Positions 49,898 to 61,622 of a stretch of 64,000 bases of DNA are shown here, piece by piece. The DNA lies in contig NW_024704767.1 in assembly GCF_018977255.1 (NCBI RefSeq), forward strand, positions 4,216,001-4,280,000, in the 5' to 3' direction. The position numbers and the translations under genes were made by a program. The notes under the pieces were generated by a model. That model searched no databases, had not been told where the DNA came from, and saw only the letters and a list, made by a program, of their open reading frames with translations. Positions within the stretch are counted from its first letter, which is position 1. Each line of letters begins with the position of its first letter. This DNA comes from Callorhinchus milii (taxonomy: Eukaryota).

Positions 49898-52800
49898 GTC
49901 TGGCTCCCTCTCATTTAACAGAAAGTACCTGTAAAGTGACGAGATGTTTCAACATGATAAAGCTCTGTAAAATGCAAGCTCTTTTTGATTTAATTGTAGC
50001 TGCTATTTTGCAGAAGTGGTTCTGTATACATCAAGTTGTGAATCACAACTACTTGTCCGTTGTCAGGCGTAAGCAGAAAAGGCAGAGGTTTATCCTTCAT
50101 TCATATTGCAGAATCGTTTCAAGGCGCGGTTATGTATTACTACATGAGCTTATTAAATCCACCCACTACAGTATTGCAGAGTGAATCCTATGGCAGGCAG
50201 AACAATAGAAAAACTCAGTTTTGTAACTTCTGGCTTTCCAAATAAACGGAAAGAAATAACACATTGGTTATGCCACCTCAGCCACCTAAGAAAGATTTCT
50301 TGAGGATTGTGCAAAGTCGGAGGGGACCGCCTTAATGCTGCATTTACATGTATAGGACTTACTTGTAGGGGCTGCTGTCAGTAACTGTGCCTCAAGGTAC
50401 ATGAAGTGTCAATGTGGATGCCAAGCACACGGATTGTCATGATTACAGGCGATATTAATGAGTCTCAAACAAATTTTGAACCTGTATTTACATGTCAGAC
50501 TGTTACCTGCTCGTCAAGGAAAATAAAGTGAGAGTTTGGGGAAAAACAACTTTTTCAACACTTTGAATAGAGTTTTTGTGGAATTTGCTGTTAAAGGCCT
50601 GTGACAACCGACCTGAAACACCAACCCAAGACTGTGGGCGCAGTAGGACTCCATTCATCAAGTTAACACAGCATCTATTTCTGGTTATTTAAGTAGGGCA
50701 TGTACTTTTGTGTATTTCATTGGGCGATGTCTGAAGATACTTTCGAACATTCTTCTGTTTCTCTACATACTACAAAATAAAACATTTGTGCTTCTGTGAG
50801 CATCTGCTAATATTGTACCAAGTGTTCTTTGAAAGCTATTGTTTTTACACATGGGGTAACTAACAGCTCATTACCACAGCCAAAAGGCATTTGTGAAAAT
50901 AGAGGATTTCACCTCTCTGTGTAAAACTGATAACACCATATTTTTAAAACAGTTTCTCTTTTCATTATGCAAACATCACAACCAGCAAATATTTAAGGAT
51001 ATGAAATAACATCTGTGGTACGACAGTGGAAAACTGAAAAATCTAGAATATAAAAATGTGATTCAGCTAAGTAATTATATACATCTATCAATTATAGACA
51101 TCCTAGGATGCCCTCTGAGCTCAAACAACCCCAACAATGGGTTTGACGTTAATATTACATTTAAAGGGGAAGTGTGTTGGATTGAAATCCTGCATAATCC
51201 AGAATAACAGAAAAGGCTATACGACGATAGTGAATCATCATCAATGCTGCTGAATTCCAGATCTAAAGGGTAACGTACCAACAAACTATGGGCCAAGTGC
51301 CATTCAACAGGAAGAAAGATCAAGAGTGCAAGTAAGTACTGAATGCCTCTTAGTGGTTGGTTTAAGAGCAGTATTGATAAAGCCCAGGAACAGACTCTTC
51401 CAAAAATTTGTTTTCAAATCATGAGTCTGGGCCCACATTAACTGCATGGAGCACATTGTTCCCTTGTGCTGCTGCAGAGAAAGTATTACTACACAATATT
51501 TGGTCAAATTTAATTTGGCAACGAGTCTTTTAACAGCTGCATTATCTAAAGGTAAGCAAAGCAATAACCAACAATTTATTTGCTTTAACAATGTTAAACA
51601 TTAGGCAAGTTAAACGCCTGATTTGCAGAAAAGAATGAGCTATTCTCTTGCACTAACTAAACAAGCAAGTTAGGAAACCCAGCATTAAATAAACATGGTC
51701 TAAAAGCCATGCTGTTAATCAGGATTTTAAATTGAATAGTACAGAACGCTGTGGTATTCACTCTAGAGTACAATGGTATTTGGCATAGATGAGATTTTCA
51801 ACCTCTTGAAATATATTTGTTTGAAACTCATCATAGTTCATGAATTAAACAACCTGCTTCATCCGTGTAGTTGGACTTCTACAGCAACAATTTACATTTA
51901 TATATGCTAAACTCGGCAAATCATCATTCCCAAAATTCAAGTCTACTTCTTCCCGTTTCACTTCTTGCAACTTTCTTTTAAAATGAAAGGGTTTTAAAAA
52001 TAGACTTGTTCAAATATTACATTCTAGTAGTAATAACGACCAATCCTTGCATTTGATGTAGCGCCTTACCATGTCATCCGAATGTCTCAAAGTGTTACAC
52101 AGAATTTTACTGTAAAGTGCAGTGACTGTATATATTGTTCCGAATTCATGAAGATCATGATCCCTTGATGACAACAGTATTCAAGTGTACCTTGTATGCT
52201 CTCAAGGAGCATTCAAAGCAAATGACTGATACTGAACAGTCAGTTTACAAGATTGTGAATTCCTGACATTATTGACAAGAAAACTTTCATGTTAAAGGGC
52301 AGGTCAACGAAAAAATAAGCTTTTTCAGTCTATTTTCCTTTTAAGAAAAGCAGCCAGCTACTTATCTGAGACAGTTTCAGGCTGTGTTTACTTGTTAATG
52401 CAGCGTCTCTGTCTGCAGGCATCACCATCAGAGGAGAAAATGATGAAACACCACTGATGGTAACCCTCTGGTTACCATTGTTAATTATAGTTAGTCCATT
52501 ATTGTTCCTGGGCATCACCAATGACCCGACATGAATATTTTCAAATCCCTTCTGCTTTCCCCCTGGCATAAACATGGCAGAAATAATAGCAGAGAAAATA
52601 TATCTATGTGTAAGAAAAACCTTTACTAACTACTAGTGGTTGCCATTTGCTCCAGTTATAACAACAAAATTACATTTGAGTAGCGCCTTTCATGTCAGGA
52701 GGATGTCCCAAGGCACTGGACAATCAGTGTGTCGGACTTGAGCTGGGTGTTGGGATCGGGGAGGGTGAAGGGCTTTACTGTGCTGGTTCACAGATAATAC

Positions 52801-53869
52801 AAGCAACTCTTACTTGTCTCTTCTCTGGCATCAATCCTGTGCTCAATTGCAGTCGAGCGCTAGCTGAGTAGCAAGACTATTCATACTTTCTTACTTACTA
52901 AAAATACGCTAGGATTCTCAGGATCACATTATTCCCGAAGCACTGCAACCACTGAACATGCATCAACAATACCATTTCCCATCTTGCTGGAGATGTTACA
53001 GACAGGTAATTACATTATTGTCAATCATTAGTCCTGTTAAGTCTGTCAACTCATTATCTGATCCACTCTAACCGATTTGTGTTTATATTTCTCTTTCCTG
53101 CATCGTTTCTCCACTGGCGACTTCTAATGTCTTGTTTTCCTTATTCATCCAAGAGATTGGGACAGTCAGTCCGTGACACACACTTGTTTACAATTTTGCC
53201 TGCCCTTCTTGCGCAAGAGCTCTCCAATATTTCACAGTACTCCATCAGGCAGCTCAGCTAAATGGCAAAAGTACACAAATGAGAACAGCAGATTTAATGT
53301 CAATAGGATCTGTACAAGAAACAATGCGGTGTAAAATTGTGTCAGAAACAGAATTGTTCAACAAAATTGTTCAAATATTAATTAATCATTCACTTTCAGT
53401 GTCTGTACACTTTGTAAATTGCGTAACATCTTTCCTTTAATTGAATGGGTGGTATTGAGGATTTTAGTATTAACTCCCAACAGGACTGAACTTTTAACTT
53501 TCAACAAAATCTAACCACTACTGGCACTTTTCACATGGGCTACTTAAAGCAGCAGTTTATCCTTCATCACAGTCAAGACTGGATAAAGTCAGCACAACTG
53601 CGATGTACAGTGGTCCTGAACAAAATATAATCCTGATCCAAGCACAACAATTGTTGGCAAAGGAGTTACACATTTGAATCAACTGCTGTTAATCCAGAGT
53701 TGCCAAATGCTGCACTTACTCAGCCATTCTCAGCACTTGTTACGATCTGTGCTGCATACAGAAACGTCTTCTACAGCCTCCCCAACTCGGCATTTATTGA
53801 CCGAAGTTTACAATTTCAATCTTTGAAGCGACATCACTTACCTCCCTCCAAAGAAGGATTGTCACTGAT

Positions 53870-54012
53870 TGGTCTGGTCTGCACTGAGTTAGCTGATTTC
53901 AACCAGGACAGTGATAGGCATGCAAAAATTGGTCCCACTACCTTCGGTTAAAAAGGAGAAACTGAGCAAAAGTTCTCGCTCATGATTCCTATCCATTAAG
54001 CTCTCTGTGGGG
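53870..54012 (+). mobile_element. Ancient SINE-like repeat, 5' part
   Basis: GGTCTG.CTGAGTTAGCTGATTTCAACCAGG...AATTGGTCCCA motif, related to 34359-34385 and to the reverse complements of 6695-6715 and 55535-55600. Confidence 0.4.
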
Positions 54013-55339
54013 ACTTTGGAAGAGAACAAAATTGGGCTCTTCTGTGCTTGATTTGGAAACCAACATTTACTGCCAAAGCTCATGCATAAACATTACTTGG
54101 GCAATGCACTAGAGAGTGACTGGTACCTGCCTCAACCCCTCTACCTAGCCCCCTCCTTGCCCATCTTCAGATCACACCTTCTCTTAGACTGTGTCTACGC
54201 TCAACTGCCCCCTCTCCTCTTCTCTGCCACTGTTAAGTGCTCCCAGCCACTAACCCACATGAAGGGTGCTATATAAATACAAGCTGTTGTTGTTCAAATT
54301 ACAACTAATTTTAAATACGTTTAACACTAAATTCTCGCAAAGCATTAGGGTTACTAATAGCCTAATTAATAGTAGCGCATACAACACGTATCTCCCTTAA
54401 ATGTATGTTTTGCTATTTGCACCCATGCAGAAAAAGGTTCTTCTCAAATAACATGCTACAAGAAAGACAAACATAAGCACTTCCTTAAACATACTCTGAT
54501 TTCGCAAGTTGAGACAGGCTAAGTTATGTTTATGTTCGAGAAGTCAGATGGAAGCTATTAAAGTACTTACCATATAAAAAAAAAAATCAATAGACAGGAC
54601 TTGGGGGATTCCTCGGCACCAATCTTTTACACTGCACAGACAAACTTTCACTATAGCTGACAGACTCAACAAGCCTCATGAGACCATAGAAAATACAGTA
54701 GACTTTGTAGACTGGAGACCCCAAATCATTTGCTGGACTGTTTCCCAATGATATAATATTCCACAACTGCTCAGTTAATGTCCACTTCAAAGTAACTAAA
54801 TAGAAGACGAGCTCTTATGTAAAGACAAATTCCCCTGGTTGTGGAACGCCATGCACTGAAGCAATTCAGCAGAACTCTTGCTACGTGCTGGAAGAAAAAT
54901 AGGTTTGGTCCATTCAGCCTAGTGTTTATGTGCACTGTGTCAACATGAGGGTAATCTTAACTATTTGCCACAGCCAATCACCAAACAAAAAGGGCTTTGT
55001 ACATTTTCTTCTTTTATTTTAATCTCTTTTTGTGATTACAGATGTCATTTGGAAATGAATGACCATTTCTTCAGTGTAAAAACAAAAGGTCAAACCACGA
55101 CATAATAAGAGTGTAAACAAAGTGTTGGCCATTGTATCACAATCCAGCTGATCTTCAAAATCTTCAAACCTTTTTTTGTTCAGAATTAAAGACTATAAAA
55201 GTGAAAATATACAAACAAGGCAGAACATGCGTTATCAGTGCTATAAAACATCTAGGAGCACTGAGTGTACAATGTAATCCTTTCCCATAGATTTGTTTTT
55301 CTGTTTAACTTGAATCAATCAAAGTGGAGTACAAGTTCT

Positions 55340-55605
55340 ACACTGATACCCTGCAGTATCTACCTCTGCCAAGTGTGCATTCTTCACGTTTGAGCTTAGA
55401 CACTGAGTGTCAGCAGATGACTCAAGCATTGCGGGTATTGGAGCGGAGTCCGACCCTGTTCTAACCCAATGTCAACATGTACAGGGCTACAGCAGAACAA
55501 TCAGGAGATGGCAATGCTGTTGAATTTTCTTCTCCCCTGAGGCCGACTGTTGTGCACAGACCAGAGAGTCAACTTGTGACCTGCTAGCCTGCATGGGTCT
55601 GTTGT
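55340..55605 (-). mobile_element. Ancient SINE-like repeat, degraded copy
   Basis: CCAAGTGTGCATTCTTCACGTTTGAGCTTAGACACTGAGTGTCAGCAG aligns with 6085-6120 (CCATTCTTCATGTGTGAACCTAGACAGCGAGT). Confidence 0.5.
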
Positions 55606-56015
55606 GCTTGTAACAAATCACAAAGGTAAAAACGTAATAGAGGCTTCATAACCCCCAGGGCATCATTTGAAGACAAGATGTGATTTAATTCACACTAATG
55701 GAATGTTCAAAATGTCAACTTCAGGAAAGTCACCAGGACCAGTTCTTAGACCACAATAAATTGTTCTTAGCGTTAGAGTCCCTCTTCTTAGTTGTTTACT
55801 TTTGCTTTACAGGATCTCTTCAGGCCACCCATCACCCCTGGTTTGGGATGGCAGGAACCCAACCTGCTCCCAGTCAATATCCTCGTAAACCAAATACGAG
55901 GAGGTGTGAGAGCACCCTTAGACTATCTCTCTCTCTGTCGCTGGTGTATTGACGGTCAAGCTTCTCTTGTCATTGGTCTCTCTTGTCTCAGCTTCTCTTG
56001 TCATCCATCTCTTGT

Positions 56016-56315
56016 GGGGTCCTGTAGCTCACTGGTTGGAGCACTCGCCTTGTAAGCGAGAGACCTGGGTTTGATTCCCGGCAGGGCGAAACCTAGGGCA
56101 AGTTTCCTTACTCCACATGCCTGATAATAATCCCTCAAGGAAAAAACCCAATAATAAATTGGTCACTTCAATCCATGATGGGGTGTGGGACACTGTTGTG
56201 CGCTATTGGCTGTTGTGTTTCACCCACAAATATACAGTCAATTCACTTTACAGTATATTCTGTTAAGCGCTTTGAGTCAACTGGAAGATGCTATCAAATG
56301 CAAGGATTATTGTTA
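56016..56315 (+). mobile_element. tRNA-derived SINE with a well-preserved tRNA-like head and an internal deletion
   Basis: A-box TAGCTCACTGG, anticodon arm CTCGC-CTTGTAA-GCGAG, B-box GGTTTGATTCC, then GGGCAAGTTTCCTTACTCCACA and the family tail ending ATCAAATGCAAGGATTATT. Confidence 0.88.
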
Positions 56316-59300
56316 TCTGTCTATTGAGATTAGCACTCTCAACATGTGCAGCATTGCCAATGTAGATTCAGATCCCTGCAATGCCATGGTGCGATTTAAT
56401 CCACACTAGTGAAATTTTTCAAATGTCAATCTACATGCCAAATGATGCTTTGGGACTCTTAATTATCCGTGCTACTTGGAGAGTATAAAGGTACTTCTCA
56501 GATTGTAGCTTCACAACTTTAAACCAAATTAAGAAAAGTAAAGCCACAGGATTTACAAATAGAATATGTTCGGATGCGTACTGAAAGCAGATTTTACTTC
56601 CAAATGATAACAGTGGATGCTGGCATTGCAAGACTTGGGAGGAAAACAAATCAGATGCAATTTCCTTCTATGGTGCATTCTTCAATTATTCATTTTGGAT
56701 CATTAAAATATCTGTACAGAGTCCAATAAATTATTAAGTACAAAGATCACTTCATTCCGGCAGTGACCTTAGGAGTCAAGTATAATCTTGAAACTAGTTT
56801 TCAAATCTGAAATGACCCAAACTCAAACTGCACCTGATCAGAGATCAGAGATGAGCATTTATAGAGCTACTTCTACATCAAGGACATCTCAATGTGGTTT
56901 CTCAATGAGAATGGCAGACACTGAGTAAGAAGTGTGAAGAATTTTGAAGTTGCGTGAAGGCTTCGTAAAAGTGATAGCCCCTTAAGACATGTTGGGAAGC
57001 AGGGAGAGGAAAGATGATGGTGTAGGACAGAACTGAAGGTTCAGTTTCTGAGCAGAGGGAGTTTGGAACCAGTAGAAAGCTGGAGGCATTTCTATCCCCA
57101 CAGCTCCTGATTTGATCACATCTGCCTCCTTCCAATAGGTACAAGAACAGCTAACGCGACATCATCTAAACATCCCTATGAACATGGGCACAGTGCTCTC
57201 TTTCATTCCATCAAATGCAAATCTCAGATATGGATGATCACAAGAGTCCCCCAAAACACTTGTTTCAGCCCAAACTTTGCTGGACCTTTAAAGGCAAGAA
57301 CATTAAAGTTGAAAAGCAATCTTCATGAAACTGCGGGTGACATTTAGATAAGCGACTGAGCAAGAAACGTGAAAACCAAAGACAGATTCTCAAGGTTCAA
57401 AGAAAGTTCAGTCACAGTGTTGGCACCATGCCCCAGAAAAGTTATAGGTTAACTTGTGGAAAGAGAGCCGTTGAAAGAAATCACTGGTTAAGAATCAGAG
57501 CGATTAGGAATTCCTGCTTTTAACTCAAAAGCTCCTGTATAAACAAACCAATTCAAGAGCATCAACAATGCTTTGCAGACATATGGGCTGGCCATACTCT
57601 TCATAATAACTGTGTTTTTGAATATTTTCAAACATCCAGTCTGCCATGATTACCTCCATTTTAAAGAACCCTGGATTGGCCTCACTTCAGATACAGTAAT
57701 TTCTGGTTTGGAAGCCAAAAGTTCCTGCTGACAATGCCCCTTTAAATGTTATGGATGAGAGTAATTGCGGGTTTGGCACTGCGTAAGTACTATTGAGTTC
57801 AGTCAAGTTGTTATTGAGATACTATCAATGCAATCCACTTGCACGCAGTGGTATCATTTACAAAAGAACTATCTATAAACATATTTTTTCAAATCCACGT
57901 TTAATTTCGACACCTGCACACTACTTTGCATGACTAATCTTGCACAGTGTTATTGGCTGAATGAAGCTGCAAAGTTCGCAAAATATAAGTGCTGATTTCA
58001 CTGGGAAGCATTATTACGAATGACAAAGAAGAATATTGCTTCACAGCAAAATTTTCCCTTTGAATTATGTGCTCGTGAATGCTCAAATCAGCCACATATT
58101 TTAAATAAGACACTAGAATCTGAAGCCTGAAATTCCACTGAGTCTTGGCCTGCAAAAACATTTTGTCTTGCAATTTAAGATCCCGAAGAGCTATCGGAAA
58201 TTTTCCAATCCAGTCTTAATCTGGAAGCCAGTTTACTGCAGTTCTTAAAACAAGACTTCTAAATTAGGGCTAAATTGAAACATTTTCCACCCTGCCGTAT
58301 GACCCTTAAGACAAACTAGTCGCACAGGTTAAGGCTAGAAGGAATTTCAAGCCTAAGGTTTTAATCCGGCAATTATCACAAGGTTGTTTGGAATGAAGAA
58401 GGCTCTGTGGCCCATTTGATCTCACCATCCAGAATACCCAGACTACTCTCTTCCCATCAAACTGTGTTTTTAAAATGAGCCAACATCATGGCTTCAACCA
58501 CCCTTCTTGATAATCTGTTCCAGTCGTTAATTTCCCTCTGGGTGAATAGATTTCTTGTACAATAGAGTCAGTTAACAGCAAAGTTCAGATATTGAAACAT
58601 TCTTTATGTCCACTATCCTCAGGTATCCTTTCAGAAGGAAATCAATGTTTTAATGCTTGAACTTCCAATAAGATAACCTATCTATTTAAACCCAAACCTT
58701 CTTGATCACTTCAGCTTCATATCAGATGTTTTCAGTGACTCCTGAGCTGGCTGACCTTAGCTTCTGTGAAGTCTGCACACTCCTGGCATGACGACATTGG
58801 AGTGAAAAATGTGACATGGTGTGACGTAATAATTATCCATGGTTAAATTCAGCACCATGGGTTAGCAAAGATACCAAGACTGTAGAAGTTCTCCAGGCCA
58901 TTTCCACACATCATAAAGCACATTGGAACTGGAGTAAACTATTCAGCCTGTCGAGCTTTCTCTGCCAGTTTATTAGACCATGGTGGAGCACACCAAGAAT
59001 ATCCAAGATGCTTCGCATTTGCCTACCCACAGTTTTTTAAAAAAAGTTAAGCCTGTCATTTTGCAGCAAATTTCAAAAATCTAAATCCAGAGTAAGCAAA
59101 TCTTTGAAACTTGTCGTCAGGAATACATCTTCCTAGATTCCCATACAGTGTTTGCTCTATGCCATTGGTGACTATTTTATTCCGCTCTTTGGATTAGGTT
59201 CTCTCACACAGACCGGTCCATAGGCTCTCAGGCCTTGATCAGTGCTGCTCTGTAAATAGATTCAGGAATGTGTCCTCTATTTCTCTCATTCTCTCTGCAG

Positions 59301-59538
59301 GGAAAGCAGCTGGATATTATTTTGTGCCTCCACTTTCCCACGAACGATTGTAACTCGCTAACTCTCCTGCTTTATATTACTACTATTTGTTCTACATATT
59401 TTCACAACTCTATTGTCCCGCGAGTCACTCCTGTGAAAAAAATTGTTCACACAACCAGAACTAAAACAAGATGACTGTGAAATGACAGAAAAATAAAACC
59501 TTAAGCCTAAATACAAACATACTAAAGGGATGGAGAAT

Positions 59539-59558
59539 GGGGGGGGGGGGGGGGGGGG
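59539..59558 (+). repeat. G20 homopolymer
   Basis: 20 consecutive G, read directly. Confidence 0.9.
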
Positions 59559-60522
59559 CTGGAAGGAAAAAGTCAATATGCCTTTTGCTCTCAACTCTCC
59601 TTTATAAAATTAAACTTAATACATTTAAGGAATATAATTATAAAAATTAGCAACTTTTAAAGATATAGTATAAGTTTCCCATCTTTTGTTAGGGGAAACA
59701 AACATTATTAATAATTAGAAAGCTTTATTTTTCTTTTCTCATTTCATAGATTCAAATCCATTTCATTCCAGATACCCCATGTAATTAGATTTCCTCTCCC
59801 ATTAAATCCAGGCATAATAACAGGGTGACCAAAAAGTCATGATATATTCCCTATTATCTAAATAAAACAAAAATATCATCATTTCTTCAACCCTTATTTG
59901 ATAATGTAATTGTGTCACAATGTTTTGGGCCCCCTGTACAAATTGATTGCTCTTAAAAGAGTCAGTACAGACACGATGGGTCAAACAGTCTTCTGTGCTG
60001 TAAATATCTATGGTTCAACGGAGCCAAATACAGTAAACAGGCTTATTCTCCACTCAGTTTTCACCAGTTAAATAGCGTTACAGGTTACCTTGCTGAAATA
60101 TTCTGCTCTTAGACTTTGATCAATGGAGTTTCTAACCTGGGATCTACAGGTGACATCTGAATGTATAATTGGACATGCACAGGAATAAGCTGTTCAACTC
60201 GTTGTATCTGTTCCTCCACACGTTATGCTCGGGTCCAAATCCCTGACTGTCCGGTGCCTTGAGACATCCTCCTAACATGAAAGGTGGTATACAAATGTAA
60301 TTTTGTATTGTATTGCTCTTATAAGAGATTCTAATCTAATGCAGCCAAAATACCAAGCACTTTCTCCATTACTATTTCAATATTTTTGCTTTTTGTGTGT
60401 GTATGTGTGTGTGTATGTGTGTGTGAAATGCAGCTTTTATTTCAAAGATACATAAATTGAAATGACTGGATGAATTATCAGCACCAATATGGAGCTTCAA
60501 ATTCTATCAAGAGAAATGTTCA

Positions 60523-60739
60523 GGGGTGAAATTCCAACAGGGTTTACATAAATCTACTCAGAATTTGACAAATTCTTAAATACAGTCATAGTTCTGAAAT
60601 TGGTTTCTTGCTAGTTTCTTTTTAAAACTGGAGAAAAACTGTTTCAAAGTTAATACTCAACTCAGCAATTTGCCAAATTTGGGAGCTGCAAAATGCTACA
60701 TAAATAGAGCAAATCTGGAGCCGGGTGAAATTTCCCCCC
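60523..60739. mobile_element. Candidate non-autonomous DNA transposon (MITE), ~217 bp
   Basis: Imperfect terminal inverted repeats: GGGGTGAAATTCCA at the left end and TGAAATTTCCCCCC at the right end (12/14 complementary). No clean target-site duplication. Confidence 0.3.
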
Positions 60740-61362
60740 AGTAGAAATTTAGAGCCGCAGAATATTGGGAGTTCTTATTGGCAAACATGAGTGTGAGGCA
60801 TTTTGTCATTCACAAGGTGGCTTAATCATAAGGTTTTCAAAGGAAGAAAGAATTGTCCTAATATATCATTACTGGGGAGATAGACACAGTTTATCAGCTC
60901 TTTCAGTACTACTGGCCACGCAATGAGATCATGATAAAAATCTTTGCTGAATTATCACGCACAACAGAAGCACAGCATATTATACAGGTAGATTGTGTTT
61001 ATCAGATTAGACTGCCGCTAAAGTAAAGGTTATTGCACTGAATTCATATCCTGTTCTCTGATGGGAAAGAGCATTGTTTACAAGAAGCCTCCTTTAATCC
61101 TGAAATTATCTATAACACTAAGAGAATGTTATTCATCCATTTTCTTCCAACACTCAATATCCAATTTACAAGAATGTCATTATTTGTTATCAGAGACTTT
61201 CATGTGAAGATAAGTGAAAACAACAATAACTGTTACGGACCGCATAAGTCTAGTGAAGTTGTTGAAAAACAAATAATTTCTGGCTGATAAAATCTCCGAG
61301 TCTAACCACTAAAGAGGCACAACACAAACTGGGGGGCTTTGTGGTTTCCAGCGAAGTCACTT

Positions 61363-61622
61363 TGTGGCTGTTTGTTGGACCTGCTGTGCTTAAATTGGCT
61401 GCCTTGTTCACCCACAAAATACAATCACTACATTTTAGAGTATATCCTGCAAACCGTCCTCCTGACGTGAATGGAATAAATTCATAGGAGGAGGCCATTC
61501 CACACATCGTGTCTGTGCCCGCTCTTTGAAAAGAACTATCCAAATCAATCCCACTCCCCCGCTCTCTCCCCATAGCTCTGTAAACTTGTCCTTCCCCTGC
61601 ATACTAAATGCAAGGATTATCA
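61363..61622 (+). mobile_element. SINE 3' half interrupted by an antisense CR1 3' UTR (~61480-61598)
   Basis: The SINE tail ...CGTCCTCCTGACGTGAA is followed by GGAGGCCATTCCACACATCGTGTCTGTGCCCGCTCTTTGAAAAGAACTATCCAAATCAATCCCACT...CCCCATAGCTCTGTAAACTTGTCCT, the reverse complement of 17952-18047. The tail then resumes with AAATGCAAGGATTAT. Confidence 0.82.

Noticed and set aside
49711-50184. Longest ORF in the track (157 aa, + strand)
   Set aside because: It starts at a non-ATG codon, runs antisense through a DeuSINE head and a SINE-tail remnant, and has no protein-like features.
52330-52575. 81-aa minus-strand ORF with a gccATG context and an internal 9-bp hairpin (ATGGTAACC-CTCT-GGTTACCAT)
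   Set aside because: No recognisable domain, splice structure or family similarity; the length is within chance expectation.
56016-56090. tRNA-Thr(TGT) gene
   Set aside because: It continues directly into a SINE body and tail with no oligo-T terminator, and the T-loop is mutated (GTTTGA), so it is a SINE head.
59539-59558. G20 run as a functional G-quadruplex
   Set aside because: An isolated homopolymer whose length is error-prone in sequencing, with no supporting context.
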